Origin: Longimicrobiales bacterium
Lineage (GTDB): Bacteria > Gemmatimonadota > Gemmatimonadetes > Longimicrobiales > Gaopeijiaceae
Assembly (NCBI GenBank): GCA_965198065.1
Contig: CBDAON010000004.1
Span: forward strand, 672,001-736,000
Direction: 5' to 3'
DNA length: 64,000 nucleotides
Shown here: piece after piece, positions 30,718-41,209 of the stretch
Position numbering within the stretch: the first letter of the stretch is position 1
How the letters are laid out: every line of letters starts with the position of its first letter
Position numbers and translations under genes: made by a program
Notes under the pieces: model-generated
What the model saw: the letters and a program-made list of their open reading frames with translations, nothing else
Databases searched by the model: none
Told to the model about the DNA's origin: nothing

Positions 30718-32398
30718 CCTTGCTACCGTCGGCATCGTCCCCGAACGGCCTGGCCCAGTAGATGCCGAGCCCTCCCAACCGGATCCCCACACCGGCATCG
30801 TAGAGGGTCGGCGAGTCTGTCCTGCCGAGCCCCACCCAGTCCCCTTCCGCCCAGGCCCGGCCCCAGTCGAAGAAGACCACCCACCAGGATCCGCGGTCGG
30901 TCGCACGCCTGCCAGGGCCCCCACGGCCGAAGAAGTGACCGAGGCTCCCCCTGTACTCCGCCTGGAGGAGGGCGAACCGGTCACAGCCGTAGAAGGGGTA
31001 CATCGCCCGCTCGAGGTCGTCGCGGGAGAGGGTCACGAGCCCGCTCCGGGCACCGCAGTCCGCCGCGAAGGCCGAGTACCCGGGAAGCGTTCCCGGGCCG
31101 CCCAGCGTGTGCTGGAACTGGGGGGGCAGAACCTCCGCCCGGGGAGATCCGCCGAGGACGCCACGAAGGGCGAGCGTGGCACCCGATCCGATCGAGTTGT
31201 AGCGCCGGAGATCCAGGAACGCGGTTGAGAAATCGGCGTCCAGCTCCGGCCCGACCGGCGCGTCGGGATCGTCCGGACCCGGGACGGGCAGGACTCCGGA
31301 GGGGAGGGCGAGCGTCCCGCCGAGCCCCTCCCGCCACACGCCGCGGATCAGCCAACCGGTCCGGGGCTCCCGTCGATCGTCCCTGGTGTCGATCTCCAGC
31401 TCGGTGACCACCGAGCGGAGCGAGCCTTCGGCCACGAGCGGCTGCTCCCGCCAGGGGCGTCCACTGCTGAAGACGCTCCACGGGTCACTCGGAGCAACCA
31501 CTCCAGAACGCTCGTCGCGGTACTCGACGGTCAGGTCGATCGGAAGCCGCAGAGGCGTCGCACGCACGAATGCGCGGGTCCCGCGCGTCTCCACGTAGTC
31601 CCGATGGTCGCTCGTGAAGAGAAACGTGCTCCAGTCGTTCTCGGAGTTCGAGAGGCCCCAGGACTCGATCGGGGCGATGAACGAGAACACGCCGCCGCCG
31701 AAGCTAACCTCGCGGCGCCCGCCCAGGAACTGCTCGGCGTTCACCCGATATCCGTAGCGGTCGGTCTGGAACGGAGCGCGCCCTTCGGTGCGGAGGATCG
31801 CGACCGCGTCAGTCCGGAACGGATTCCGGCCTCCCGTGGAGAACGCCGGGCCCACCTCGACGGAGAGCCCCTCCAGGCGGTTGAAGCCCAGGGGGTCCAC
31901 CGTGAATCGAGAGGAGCCAACCCGTCCGAAGTCTCCATGGATCCCGTTCGGGAGGCCCCGCTCGCCAGTCGAGACCCGTTCACTCAAGGCCTCGGGGAGC
32001 ATGCGAAGGGTCGGACCAAACGCCATGAGGGTCCCTCCGACGATCGCGAGCTCGTCCCCCGTGACCTCTCCGCTCACGACGGTGAGGTCGCCCGTCACCT
32101 CCGCGCTCTCGGCCAACTCTGCGTTCCCCTCCACAACGATCACTTCACCGTCGATTCGCCCAGCCAGGTGAAGCGAGCCCATCACGACGACGTCGGCCCG
32201 AATTACGCTGTCTGCCGGGATAGCGACCTCCCCCGAGAGCCTCACGGTCATGGGATCGTTGGCGATGCCGATCAGCCGGTCGGCCAGGTCGCGCGGAACC
32301 GACGACATCTCGATCTGGCGCTCCTGAGCGAGGAGCTCATCCGCCGCCGGCACCACCAAGAGCAGAGAGATCAGGGCCAGGAAGAGGGGCCTCATCAT
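30689..32398 (-). CDS. Outer-membrane Omp85/BamA-like beta-barrel with an N-terminal beta-helix (bactofilin-like) region
   Basis: Signal peptide; repeated GEV/GDL.VV.G units; LGG..TLPGY loop, AEYR, FFDWGRAW, DAGVG, C-terminal RF. Confidence 0.65.
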   Translation of the reverse strand: MMRPLFLALISLLLVVPAADELLAQERQIEMSSVPRDLADRLIGIANDPMTVRLSGEVAIPADSVIRADVVVMGSLHLAGRIDGEVIVVEGNAELAESAEVTGDLTVVSGEVTGDELAIVGGTLMAFGPTLRMLPEALSERVSTGERGLPNGIHGDFGRVGSSRFTVDPLGFNRLEGLSVEVGPAFSTGGRNPFRTDAVAILRTEGRAPFQTDRYGYRVNAEQFLGGRREVSFGGGVFSFIAPIESWGLSNSENDWSTFLFTSDHRDYVETRGTRAFVRATPLRLPIDLTVEYRDERSGVVAPSDPWSVFSSGRPWREQPLVAEGSLRSVVTELEIDTRDDRREPRTGWLIRGVWREGLGGTLALPSGVLPVPGPDDPDAPVGPELDADFSTAFLDLRRYNSIGSGATLALRGVLGGSPRAEVLPPQFQHTLGGPGTLPGYSAFAADCGARSGLVTLSRDDLERAMYPFYGCDRFALLQAEYRGSLGHFFGRGGPGRRATDRGSWWVVFFDWGRAWAEGDWVGLGRTDSPTLYDAGVGIRLGGLGIYWARPFGDDADGSKVTVRLGQRF

Positions 32399-32652
32399 GG
32401 GTCCTCCGGTAGCGGGCGCGGGAACGCCCTTCCCCCTCGAAGGGAGGTAGGGTTCGGGTTCACAAAGGTAGAGTACGGGAGCCGCCAGCGGCGGGTTTCA
32501 GGGGGCCCGATGGCGCCGACCCGCTCCTATTCGTCCCTCGATGCGTCGCCCGATCCCGGGGTCGGCTCCACGCGAGCGAGGTAGTCCTCCAGAGCGGCCA
32601 GCCAGAGCTCCGCCTCGGCCGGGGGTCGGTCGGATGGGAGCCCCCCCTGTGG

Positions 32653-33909
32653 TCACTTCCGAGGCCGCTCGGCGTCGTTCCCTCGAAGCCGCTCGGCGTC
32701 GGCGACCCGGTCCAGGCCGATCATGTACGCCGCCGTCCGCCACGGCACCTTCCGCGCTTCGACCAGCTCGCGCACCGCCCGGTACGCCCGGAGCATCCGC
32801 CCGTGCAACTCGCGATTCACCTGATCGAGCGACCAGGGGTGTTGCTGGAGGTTCTGGACCCACTCGAAATAGCTCACCACGACGCCGCCCGCGTTCGCCA
32901 GGAAGTCCGGCAGGACCGGAATGCCCCGCTCCCCGAGGATGAGGTCGCCGATGGGGGTGACGGGAGCGTTTGCGGCCTCCACGACGACCTTGCACTCGAC
33001 GGTCGAGGCCACCGTCTCTTTGGCGATCACCCCGCCCAGCGCCGCGGGAACGAGCCAGTCGCACGGGATCGTCCAGAGCTCTTGGTTCGTGATGGGGTCG
33101 CCGCCGGGGAAGGTGCTGACCGGCTTGTGTTCCACGCAGCCGTGCTGGAACAGGGCCGGGACATCGAGGCCCTTCGGGTTGTGGAGCCCCCCGTCCCGGT
33201 CGCTCACCGCCACCACCTTGGCCCCGACCTCGTGGAGTAGTCGCGCGAGGTTGGCACCCACGTTCCCGAACCCCTGGATCACGATCGTCCCCCCCTCGAG
33301 GGGGAGCTTCACGTCCATCGCGTACTCCTGCATCACGTACATCACCCCCCGGGCGGTCGCCTCCTCGCGCCCGAGCGAGCCCCCGAACGCAACGGGCTTC
33401 CCGGTCACGGCCGCCGGCGTGTACCCAACCTTCTTGGAGTACTCGTCCACCATCCAGGCCATGACCTGGGCGTCCGTCCCCATATCGGGCGCGGGAATGT
33501 CGCGGTAGGGTCCCAGCACGATCGCAATCCGGCTGGTGAAGCTCCGCGTGAGCGCCTGCAGCTCGCGCTTCGACAGCTGGCGCGGGCCCACCTGCACGCC
33601 GCCCTTCGCGCCGCCGTACGGGATGTCTAGGAGCGCGGTCTTCCACGTCATCGTGGTGGCGAGCCCGACGACCTCCTCCTCGTCCGCCCCCGGATGGTAG
33701 CGAACGCCCCCTTTGCAGGGGCCGCGAGCCCCCGAGTGCTGCACCCGGTAGCCGCGGAAGCACTCGATACGCCCGTCGTCCATGCGGACGGGCACCTCGA
33801 CGGAGACCTTGCGGAAGGGCGACAAGATGAGCCGCCGCATGTATTCGGGAAGGCCGACGAGGTCGGCCGCCCCGTCGAACTGGTTCTGGATGATGGCTCC
33901 GGTCTTCAT
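32653..33909 (-). CDS. gdhA: Glu/Leu/Phe/Val dehydrogenase (glutamate dehydrogenase-like)
   Basis: GPCKGGVRYH, GGAKGG, DIPAPDMGT, VTGKP, QGFGNVG, PDFLANAGGV.VSYFEW. Confidence 0.88.
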   Translation of the reverse strand: MKTGAIIQNQFDGAADLVGLPEYMRRLILSPFRKVSVEVPVRMDDGRIECFRGYRVQHSGARGPCKGGVRYHPGADEEEVVGLATTMTWKTALLDIPYGGAKGGVQVGPRQLSKRELQALTRSFTSRIAIVLGPYRDIPAPDMGTDAQVMAWMVDEYSKKVGYTPAAVTGKPVAFGGSLGREEATARGVMYVMQEYAMDVKLPLEGGTIVIQGFGNVGANLARLLHEVGAKVVAVSDRDGGLHNPKGLDVPALFQHGCVEHKPVSTFPGGDPITNQELWTIPCDWLVPAALGGVIAKETVASTVECKVVVEAANAPVTPIGDLILGERGIPVLPDFLANAGGVVVSYFEWVQNLQQHPWSLDQVNRELHGRMLRAYRAVRELVEARKVPWRTAAYMIGLDRVADAERLRGNDAERPRK

Positions 33910-34070
33910 GGAGCCGCGTTCGGCGGGTTCGCTCCATCGAAGCTCCCGGCGGTGGGACCGGCAGCCGAAATGTGAGCGGCCGCTGACGACCGAGCAAGAA
34001 ACAGGACGGCCTCATCCCCTTTGATCGACGACCTTCCGGGTCGCCGTTCCCCTCCGATCAGCGACCCGCT

Positions 34071-34127
34071 AGGGGGCAGGACTCGAACCTGCGCGGGAAT
34101 TGCCCCGACCTCGGCTTTCAAGGCCGA
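34071..34127 (-). repeat. tRNA-Ser 3'-half fragment (distal att site of island 2)
   Basis: Minus strand TCGGC-CTTGAAA-GCCGA-GGTCGGGGCAATTCCCGC-GCAGG-TTCGAGT-CCTGC-CCCCT: anticodon loop, variable arm and T arm retained. Confidence 0.8.
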
Positions 34128-34285
34128 ACAGGGCTTTCCGGCTAGATCCGTCTGGGTCTGAAGAGCCCTGTCCTGTCTTGGTCTTCCTGGATCACCTGTC
34201 CCGCAGAGTTCGCCTGAATCCCTCGGAGTTCACATGCGTGGGTAGCAAAATGGGTAACACACTCCGACCCATCAAAAGTCCTACC

Positions 34286-34706
34286 TCACTCCGAATCCAA
34301 CCCTTGGCGCATCGAGAGGAGGAAGGGCTCTCCAGCTCCCAGCCTGGCTTGGGCATCGGCGATCGTCCTCGCCGCAGGCAGATCGAGCGCTGCCTGGCCA
34401 GAGGCGCAGGTTACCGTGATGTGCATGGGCGTGTAGATGCCGCTTGTGATGAGAGCGGCCACCCCGTTCACGAACGAGTGCTCAGTCACCACCTGCGCCA
34501 CTCCCGAGGGGCATCGCGCCGCCGCCTCCACGACGTTCGGAGAAACGAGTCCACCGAGGAAGCTGTGAGCCCAAGGAATGTCGATCGTCTGAGCACTCGG
34601 GGTCCTCCCGGTTTCGATCACCGTTCGATAGCAGCCCGCCGTCACGGAGAGCAGGAGGATGCTCATGGAGAGAACTATTCATGAATGCAAACGATGAGCG
34701 TCTCAT
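34286..34706 (-). CDS. Bor/Iss-family lipoprotein, copy 1 (+1 insertion in the signal peptide as sequenced; in-frame ATG at 34666)
   Basis: Lipobox TAGC; ..C..G..V.TEHSFVNG....IT.GIYTP....V.C resembles lambda Bor (FVNG....IT.GIYTP....V.C); GGAGG before the ATG at 34706. Confidence 0.8.
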
Positions 34707-34929
34707 GGTGGTCCCTCCGCGGGCAACAGGTAGGCTTTTCAGAAACCCCCGAACCTGAGCGTCACGATGCTCTCCCACCCATAACGTAGAGCGTCCGGTC
34801 CGCGTCACATTTGGGAGGCCGTGAAGACGGAGCGCGCCGCGTGGCCCGGCAAGAACCGGCAGCACTCGGCGGAGCCGGCCCGGCGATGGTCGCGCGCTCC
34901 GAGGTCGTCTCCACTACCAGGACGTGAGC

Positions 34930-35636
34930 ATGAGGGGATTCGCAGCGGTTTCGTGGGCCTCGGCCGTTACGGTCTGGGCCTCGACAGCCCTCGGACAGCA
35001 GCCTCCCCGGGGTCCAGGGAACCCACCGCCACCCCCATCCGCCAGGCAGCTACAGGACGAGCGTGGAGTCGACGTCTCCGTCTTCGGTCTCCTCTATACC
35101 GGCTTCGGCCGGGTCACCGACGGAGCGTCGCAGTCGAATTGGCTTCTCGCGGACGCCGCGTTCGGCGGCGGTCTGGGAGCGTCGCTCAATGCGTGGGACA
35201 ATTCAGGGTGGGCGTGGAGCTGTCCGTCGCCCGAACGCCCTACGAGCGTCGCGCCCGGGCGGGCAACGCGATCTCGGGTGCGGGAGATGCCACCGTCGGC
35301 ACGGTGCTCTTCACGGCTCGCCTGTCCCAGAGCGGCTTTCGGATCCCGGGGATCCCAGGCATCGGGGGCGTCGGATTCGGGAGCATTCCGGGGTTTGCCA
35401 CCTACCTTTCGGGAGGCCTCGGCGCGGTCTCGTACTGGCTGGAGGACCTCGATGGTGGCAACGCGGATTTCGCGTTCGCGGTCGGAGGCGGCCTCGAGTA
35501 CACCTGGTCGGGCGGAACCGTGGGCTTCCTGGAGGTGAGGCAACTCTGGGCCCTCCACGAGCGCGAGGGCGTGGAGACCTCGATGGCACGCCACTCGCGG
35601 ATCGAGCTGGGCTTGCGGCGTCCCGTGCGGAGGTGA
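34930..35636 (+). pseudogene. Outer-membrane beta-barrel (OmpA/OmpW-like) protein, frameshifted near 35190
   Basis: Signal peptide; YLSGGLG, FAFAVGGGLEY, GFLEVR, ELGLR alternating strands split over two frames. Confidence 0.55.
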
Positions 35637-35715
35637 GGGGGGCGGCGCTCCGCCGGAGGTGACGGGGTCGCCCGGCTACCCGGCGGAACGACGGGGTCGG
35701 GAGCGCGAGTGGCTC

Positions 35716-36758
35716 CTACCAGTCCTCCAAAGCGGGTTCGTCCGGGTCCGAGGAGAGGAACCGGATCAGCTCTGCGTTCACGATCTCGGGCACCTCTTCG
35801 TGCGGGTTGTGACCCACGTTCGGGATGAGCACGAGCTCGGCGTTCGGGAGCGACTCAGCCGCCCTCCGGGCATTCTCCGGGAAGTTCGGCCCATCTTCCG
35901 CCCCACCGAGCACCATGGCCTTCGTCTGGATGTGGGGGCCAGTCGTTCACCACGCTGTCGATCGAGCGGAGGTTGCCTCCCAGAGAGCGAACGTACCGGA
36001 GCCGTGGCCACTCGCCACTCAAGGCCTGTCCATAGCGAATGCGGAGGTGTTCCATGAACTGCGGTCTCCAATTCACATAGCGGTTCAGATCGGTTCGCAC
36101 GCCTGATTCGTAGACCTCCTGAGGATCCGCATCCACCTCGATCTCCCCGCTCATCGGGCGGAAGCCACGGCCCGCTCGGTTGTCGGTGAGACCGACGGCA
36201 TTGACCAGGACGAGGTGCGTCGTCATCTCCGGGTAGAGAAAGGCGAAACGGGTGGCCATCTGCCCCCCGATCGAATGACCCACGACCGCCGCCTTCGGAG
36301 ATCCTCAGGTGCTCGAGGACCCGTGCCGTGTTCGAGGCGTGCAGGCTGATGCTGTAGGGAAGGATTGGCTTGGAGGACTTGCCCCACCCGAGCCGATCCT
36401 TCACGACGACACGGAAGCCCTCGTTACGGAGGGCCTCGATCTGTTCTTTCCAATACCAGCCGTAGTAGCTCCCACCGTGAAGGAACACCACGGTCCGGCC
36501 GTTGGGCGGCCCGACCGGCGGCACATCCATATACGCGATCCGGACGTCCTGCCCATACAGATTGAGGTTCAGGAGGTGCACGGGATGGGGATACTCGATC
36601 TCCTCCATGTTGATGGAGATCGGCCCCCAGTCGGCCGGCGGTTCGGCCGGTGGTTGATCCCCCTGCGCCCGCAGCTCGACGCTTGCGAAGCAAAGCACGA
36701 GCAAGCAGATCGGCGGGACGGCAAAGAAGTCGCGAAATGACGTGCGTGGAAGCGTCAT
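35716..36758 (-). pseudogene. Secreted alpha/beta hydrolase, two +1 frameshifts (~36292, ~35936)
   Basis: VFLHG, D..GWGKSSKP, GHSIGG nucleophile elbow, GAED acid, GHNPH histidine. Confidence 0.82.
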
Positions 36759-37088
36759 CGGTTTCCCCTGGCGTGAATTCGAACTCGGAGTGTGAACGGC
36801 CGCCACCACGGCCATCAGAACCCATTCCTACGGATGATACCGGAGGACCGACGACCCATGCAACCGAGTGAGGGCGGCCGGGTCGCGGCCGGAAGAGCGA
36901 ATGTTTGCCGCTGCCTTCGGGCAGCCCGATTCGGCGATAGTCGTTGTGGGAGAACGGAGGGGGCAGGTACGTGCCGTTACGAAGACGAATCACGGAACTG
37001 CGCCCAACTGAGAAGACACGGGAAAAGAATGCTGGGCGTTCCGGGGGGCAGCCGTAGGGAGGATTCGCTACCCTACGGGACCGCGCGG

Positions 37089-38414
37089 TCACAGCGTAAG
37101 CTGGAAATCCTCCACAAGTAGGCCGGGCAACGCCATCACTCGAGTTGAGCGCTCCCGATAGGTACGCGGGTCGACGAGGAGCTCCGGCTTCGTGGTCAGT
37201 CCGAGCAATCCCTCGCCCAGCATCCGGTACAGGCTGTCGTCAAAGCGCATCACGTTTAACGGGGCTTTGATCTTCCCTTCCTCGACCCAGAAGGAGGCGA
37301 AGCGGGTCATGCCGGTCATGCGGCAGTCATTGCGGTCCGAGTAGTTGCAGTACCAGGCGTCGCTGATGTAGACCCCGGTGCCCAAACGCTCGAGTACCTC
37401 GCTCTCGGGTAGATGGCCGGGCGCCATGAACAGGGACGTGGGGAGCTCGGAGTCGGCGTTGACGGGCTCCCCGAACTCCTTCGCCGAGCGCGACCCAGCC
37501 AGAGCGCCTCGGCAAGCCCCCTCCTCGATGAGCACTACCTTCTCGGGTTTGATGAACCCCTCCATTGTAAAGGGTGGGGCCATCCCGCCCCCGTGGTTCT
37601 CAGTGATGGTAATGGAGGGGTCGAAGCGTTCGTCACCCTTCACCATCTTCACCAGGGACGTATTCCCGGTTCGGTGGCCCTTGAGACCGAAGCCCTCCCA
37701 GCCCAACACCTGCATGAGCTCGGCCCCTGCCCGGGGGGCCAGGTAGGCTCGGTAGGCGCCGCGAGGCACCGTGCGCGGCGGGCGGGTCATCATCTCCAAC
37801 TCCTCCCGCGCTCGGTCCAGGCGGTCCCCCAGAGCGTCCTCATCCCAATTGAACCCGGCGTACCCGCCCTTCACGGCCTTGTCGCCGAGGTGGTGGCAGC
37901 TGAAGTCGAAGTTGAACGTGCTTGTCTCGAACCAGTTGCGTTGTCCAAAAGCGTTGGCGAAGCCTCGATCCAGCGTCCCGCTCGCCCAGATGCCGACCAT
38001 GTCCAGGTCATCAGCGGTGCGAGTGATGATGTCGATTGCCTCTCGGGGGTCCGATAGCGCCGATGGACGCACGTCCTCCGTATCCTGAACCGTTTCCGCG
38101 TAATGCAGATGCGGGTCCTCCCCGAGGTGCGCACGCTGGGAGCGCAGCTCCTCCAGCAAGCGCTCCACACCGATTCGGTCCCGCGTCAGGTCGCCGCTCA
38201 GGGGAACGGTGCCCACCGCGTGGCGGGCGCCCTCGATCAGGTCGATGGACACGAACCTCTGCGTCACATGGCCCGCCTGACGCACCCGGTTGTGGTTGAA
38301 CCGGGCGAAGTCCGAATCCTCACCCGCGTAGTAGGAGGTGAAGAGTTCCCCCGGCCGCAGCGCTGACGCGACGATGCCGGCCACCTCGAAAAAGAGCGTT
38401 CGTGGCTCCATCAC
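37089..38414 (-). CDS. tldE: TldE/PmbA-family non-catalytic peptidase subunit
   Basis: RFNHNRVRQ, G.YRAYLAP, TGMTRFA.FWVE.G, VMRFDDS; coupled to tldD. Confidence 0.8.
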   Translation of the reverse strand: MMEPRTLFFEVAGIVASALRPGELFTSYYAGEDSDFARFNHNRVRQAGHVTQRFVSIDLIEGARHAVGTVPLSGDLTRDRIGVERLLEELRSQRAHLGEDPHLHYAETVQDTEDVRPSALSDPREAIDIITRTADDLDMVGIWASGTLDRGFANAFGQRNWFETSTFNFDFSCHHLGDKAVKGGYAGFNWDEDALGDRLDRAREELEMMTRPPRTVPRGAYRAYLAPRAGAELMQVLGWEGFGLKGHRTGNTSLVKMVKGDERFDPSITITENHGGGMAPPFTMEGFIKPEKVVLIEEGACRGALAGSRSAKEFGEPVNADSELPTSLFMAPGHLPESEVLERLGTGVYISDAWYCNYSDRNDCRMTGMTRFASFWVEEGKIKAPLNVMRFDDSLYRMLGEGLLGLTTKPELLVDPRTYRERSTRVMALPGLLVEDFQLTL

Positions 38415-39841
38415 TCCTCCCCGAACACCTCGACGTCCCGAAATCGGCAGGTTGGCGCGGCATGACCGGCGGAGATCCCCTGGTTGGGCTCGCCCTTGCC
38501 GCAGCTCGGCGTCCCCATCACCTCGAAGGTATCCCGATTCCCAACGCCATCGAGGCTCCGCCAGAAGACTGCCGAGACGCCCCGATATCGCGGGTCCCGC
38601 ACCATGCCCTTCACCTCCCCGTCCTCAATCAGCCATCCTACCTCGCAGCCGAACTGGAACTTGTTGCGGGAGTCGTCGATGGACCACGAGCGGTTGGTAT
38701 CCATCAGGACGCCACGTTCCACCCCACCGACGAGGTCCGCCATGCTATCGGTTCCCGGCTCCAGGTTCACGTTCGACATCCTGTCGATGGGAGGACGATT
38801 CCAGCTCGTGGCGCGGGAGTTCGCGACACCGGGCAGCCCGGATCGGGCCTGGGAGATGGCGCCCCCGAGGGGGCGTTCGAGAATACCCCTACGGATCAGG
38901 TAGGCCCGCTCGGCTGGGGTGCCATCATCGTCGAACGCGTAGCTGGCCGCTTCCCCCGGGATGTCCGGCGCAAAGGTCACGTTGAGGAGGGACGAGCCGT
39001 ACCGGTAGCGGCCGAACATGTCCAGCGTAACGAAGCTGGTGCCCGCGTAATTCCGCTCGTCGCCCAGGATTCGATCGAGCTCCAGCGGGTGACCGATGCT
39101 CTCGTGAACCTGCAACACCATCTGGCTCGGCATCAGCACCAGGCTGGTGGTCCCGCTGGGGCAGGTCGGGGCATCCAGTAGCTGGAGCGCTTCGGCGGCG
39201 ACACGGGCACTCTGAGACACGTAGCCGATCCGCTCCAGCTCCTCCAGGCCGCCTTGACGGTAGGAGGAGTGACCCAGCGTACGAGACTGAGAGCGTTCCC
39301 CTCGGTTGGCCACTGCTCCGAGCACCGGGTGGAGGGTCGCCGTGGACTGCTCCATCCAAGCCCCGTCGCCGGAGACCAAGAGAGATTCCCGGCTCGTATG
39401 AGCGATTTGAGCGTACCAATCGACGATGGCGTCCCCGGCCTTGAGCCCCCTCGAAGCCATCCGGAGCAGGTCGAGCTTCTCGCTGAGGCTCCACCGGTCC
39501 CATGGGATCCTACCGGGACGGTGGTCGTTTCCCTGCCCGGTCAGGCGCGGATAGTCCTTCGGCGCAATGAGCGCGTACGCGCCGGCGGCCCGAGCCCAGC
39601 TACGCGCCACCTCGAAGGCTCGCGTGAGCCCCCGGGGGGTCAGGTCGCAGGTGGCCCCGTAGCCGATGCCCCCACCGTCCAGCACGGTGACCATGGCGCC
39701 CGCATCGTGGTACGTGTAGGGGGGCTCCACGACACCCCGGCGCACCGTCAGCACGTGGGCGCTGTCCTCCACGAGACGCAGGGTCCAGTAGTCCGCACTC
39801 GGAGCGGAATGCGCAAACTCGCGCGCGATCTGGTCTAGCAC
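38411..39841 (-). CDS. tldD: TldD-family metalloprotease
   Basis: HESIGHPLELDR (HExxxH), FDDDG, PIDRMSN, NRSWSIDD, CGKGEPNQ. Confidence 0.9.
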   Translation of the reverse strand: MLDQIAREFAHSAPSADYWTLRLVEDSAHVLTVRRGVVEPPYTYHDAGAMVTVLDGGGIGYGATCDLTPRGLTRAFEVARSWARAAGAYALIAPKDYPRLTGQGNDHRPGRIPWDRWSLSEKLDLLRMASRGLKAGDAIVDWYAQIAHTSRESLLVSGDGAWMEQSTATLHPVLGAVANRGERSQSRTLGHSSYRQGGLEELERIGYVSQSARVAAEALQLLDAPTCPSGTTSLVLMPSQMVLQVHESIGHPLELDRILGDERNYAGTSFVTLDMFGRYRYGSSLLNVTFAPDIPGEAASYAFDDDGTPAERAYLIRRGILERPLGGAISQARSGLPGVANSRATSWNRPPIDRMSNVNLEPGTDSMADLVGGVERGVLMDTNRSWSIDDSRNKFQFGCEVGWLIEDGEVKGMVRDPRYRGVSAVFWRSLDGVGNRDTFEVMGTPSCGKGEPNQGISAGHAAPTCRFRDVEVFGEE

Positions 39842-40153
39842 GGGGATGCGTCGGCCCTCGCTGCGTCGTCTTTCGGGGCGATGTCCGCGCGGACTCCTGC
39901 GGGGGCAGGGAGGAGGATCGGGAAGGTGTGGTGGACGAGCAACATGTGAGGCCGGTCTCGCGTTGGCAAATCCGGACTCTCATCCTGCGGTAAACTGAAA
40001 GTCCTCTGTCCCCGGTTCGAGCCGAGCGGGCGACTAACTCCCCCCTCTTTCAGCACGTTCCCAGCAGGAGGGCCCGGACACACACCAGAGCCCGATCTGC
40101 GGAGAGGGGGGCTTAGATCGTGACCGGCCGATTCTGTAAGTCGTTGTGCCGCA

Positions 40154-40210
40154 CGGAGGGGGTGGGACTCGAACCCACGTGGGGAGTTACCCCCAACCTC
40201 GGTTTTCAAG
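40154..40210 (-). repeat. tRNA-Ser 3'-half fragment (junction between islands 1 and 2)
   Basis: Minus strand CTTGAAAACCGAGGTTGGGGGTAACTCCCCACGTGGGTTCGAGTCCCACCCCCTCCG; identical to the tRNA 3' half except in the variable arm. Confidence 0.9.
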
Positions 40211-40375
40211 GCGGGATAGGGCTTTCCGGCTAGATCCGTCTCGGTCCGAAAGGCTCTGTCCCGTCTGGATTCTTTGGAATCTGCTTTCCGGCGGAGTCCG
40301 TCGTGATCCCTCCAAAGTCGGATGCCCGGGTAACAAACCGGGTAACACTCCCTCAACCGGGCTGACGGCTTTTCG

Positions 40376-40780
40376 TCACTCCGAATTCGGCCCCCGTCCC
40401 ATTGGGAGAAGAAAGTCCTCCCCGGCGTCCACCCTGGCTCTCGCTTCCGCCAGGCTCCGCACTGTCGGCACATCGAGCGCCGCCGTGCCTGCAGCGCACG
40501 TGACGGTGATGTGCATGGGAGTGTAAATCCCTCCAGTAATGAACGCGGCCACGCCGTTCACAAACGAGTGCTCGGTAACGACGCGTGCCACTCCCGACGG
40601 ACACCGAGCTGCCGATTCTACTAGGTTCGGGGGAACGAGACCCCCGAGGAAGCTGTGCGCCCACGGGATGTCGATAGTTTGCGTGCCCACGGGCGTCGCG
40701 GTTTCGATGACAGCTCGGTAGCAGCCCGAGGAGACCGAGAGCAGCAGAATGGTCGTGGTAAGAATGAGGGGTCTGATCAC
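40376..40780 (-). CDS. Bor/Iss-family lipoprotein, copy 2
   Basis: Lipobox SSGC; TEHSFVNGVAAFITGGIYTPMHITVTC; close paralogue of 34286-34706. Confidence 0.82.
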   Translation of the reverse strand: MIRPLILTTTILLLSVSSGCYRAVIETATPVGTQTIDIPWAHSFLGGLVPPNLVESAARCPSGVARVVTEHSFVNGVAAFITGGIYTPMHITVTCAAGTAALDVPTVRSLAEARARVDAGEDFLLPMGRGPNSE

Positions 40781-40887
40781 GGCACAACTCCTGACAATAG
40801 GGTGAACCGCAACTCGTGACTACAGGCGAAGATGCGGGCGTGAAGAACCACTTGCAAGAGAAGCGGCCCGAGTCCCCTACCCCACCG

Positions 40888-41178
40888 CTAGTCTTCTCCC
40901 CGCAAAGAGGCCCACCCTGCATCGGTTCTCATAACCGACATGAGCGTCTGTAGGACAACAGTTCCCGGGAGGGTGTTACCCGAATTGTACCTTTGCCCCC
41001 CCCTCTCTACGGTGGTGTGAAGAGCGGGAATCAGCTCACCGACACCCCCCAGGGAGCCCCTGTCTGGGTCCCATCCTGGAGACTCCTTCACCTGTAGCTC
41101 CGCAAGATTCAGAAACCGTTCGTGCCCCTCGATGCCGTTCGACGCCTTCACGAACCTGTATAGGTACTTGGTGTTCAT
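40888..41178 (-). CDS. Hypothetical protein
   Basis: 96-aa ORF with AAGGA RBS just downstream of the SPFH gene; no motif recognised. Confidence 0.45.
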   Translation of the reverse strand: MNTKYLYRFVKASNGIEGHERFLNLAELQVKESPGWDPDRGSLGGVGELIPALHTTVERGGQRYNSGNTLPGTVVLQTLMSVMRTDAGWASLRGED

Positions 41179-41209
41179 CGAGGGGTCCTTTCGTACATGA
41201 GGAGTGCCA

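Larger units (their letters stand above)
34071..40210. mobile_element. Integrative island 2 at tRNA-Ser (no integrase)
   Basis: Bounded by tRNA 3' fragments at 34071-34127 and 40154-40210; left ~200 bp plus Bor gene homologous to the left end of island 1. Confidence 0.7.

Noticed and set aside
39995..40030. CTGAAAGTCCTCTGTCCCCGGTTCGAGCCGAG resembles a tRNA-Phe 3' fragment
   Set aside because: T stem incomplete, no acceptor strand and opposite orientation to the array; could be chance.
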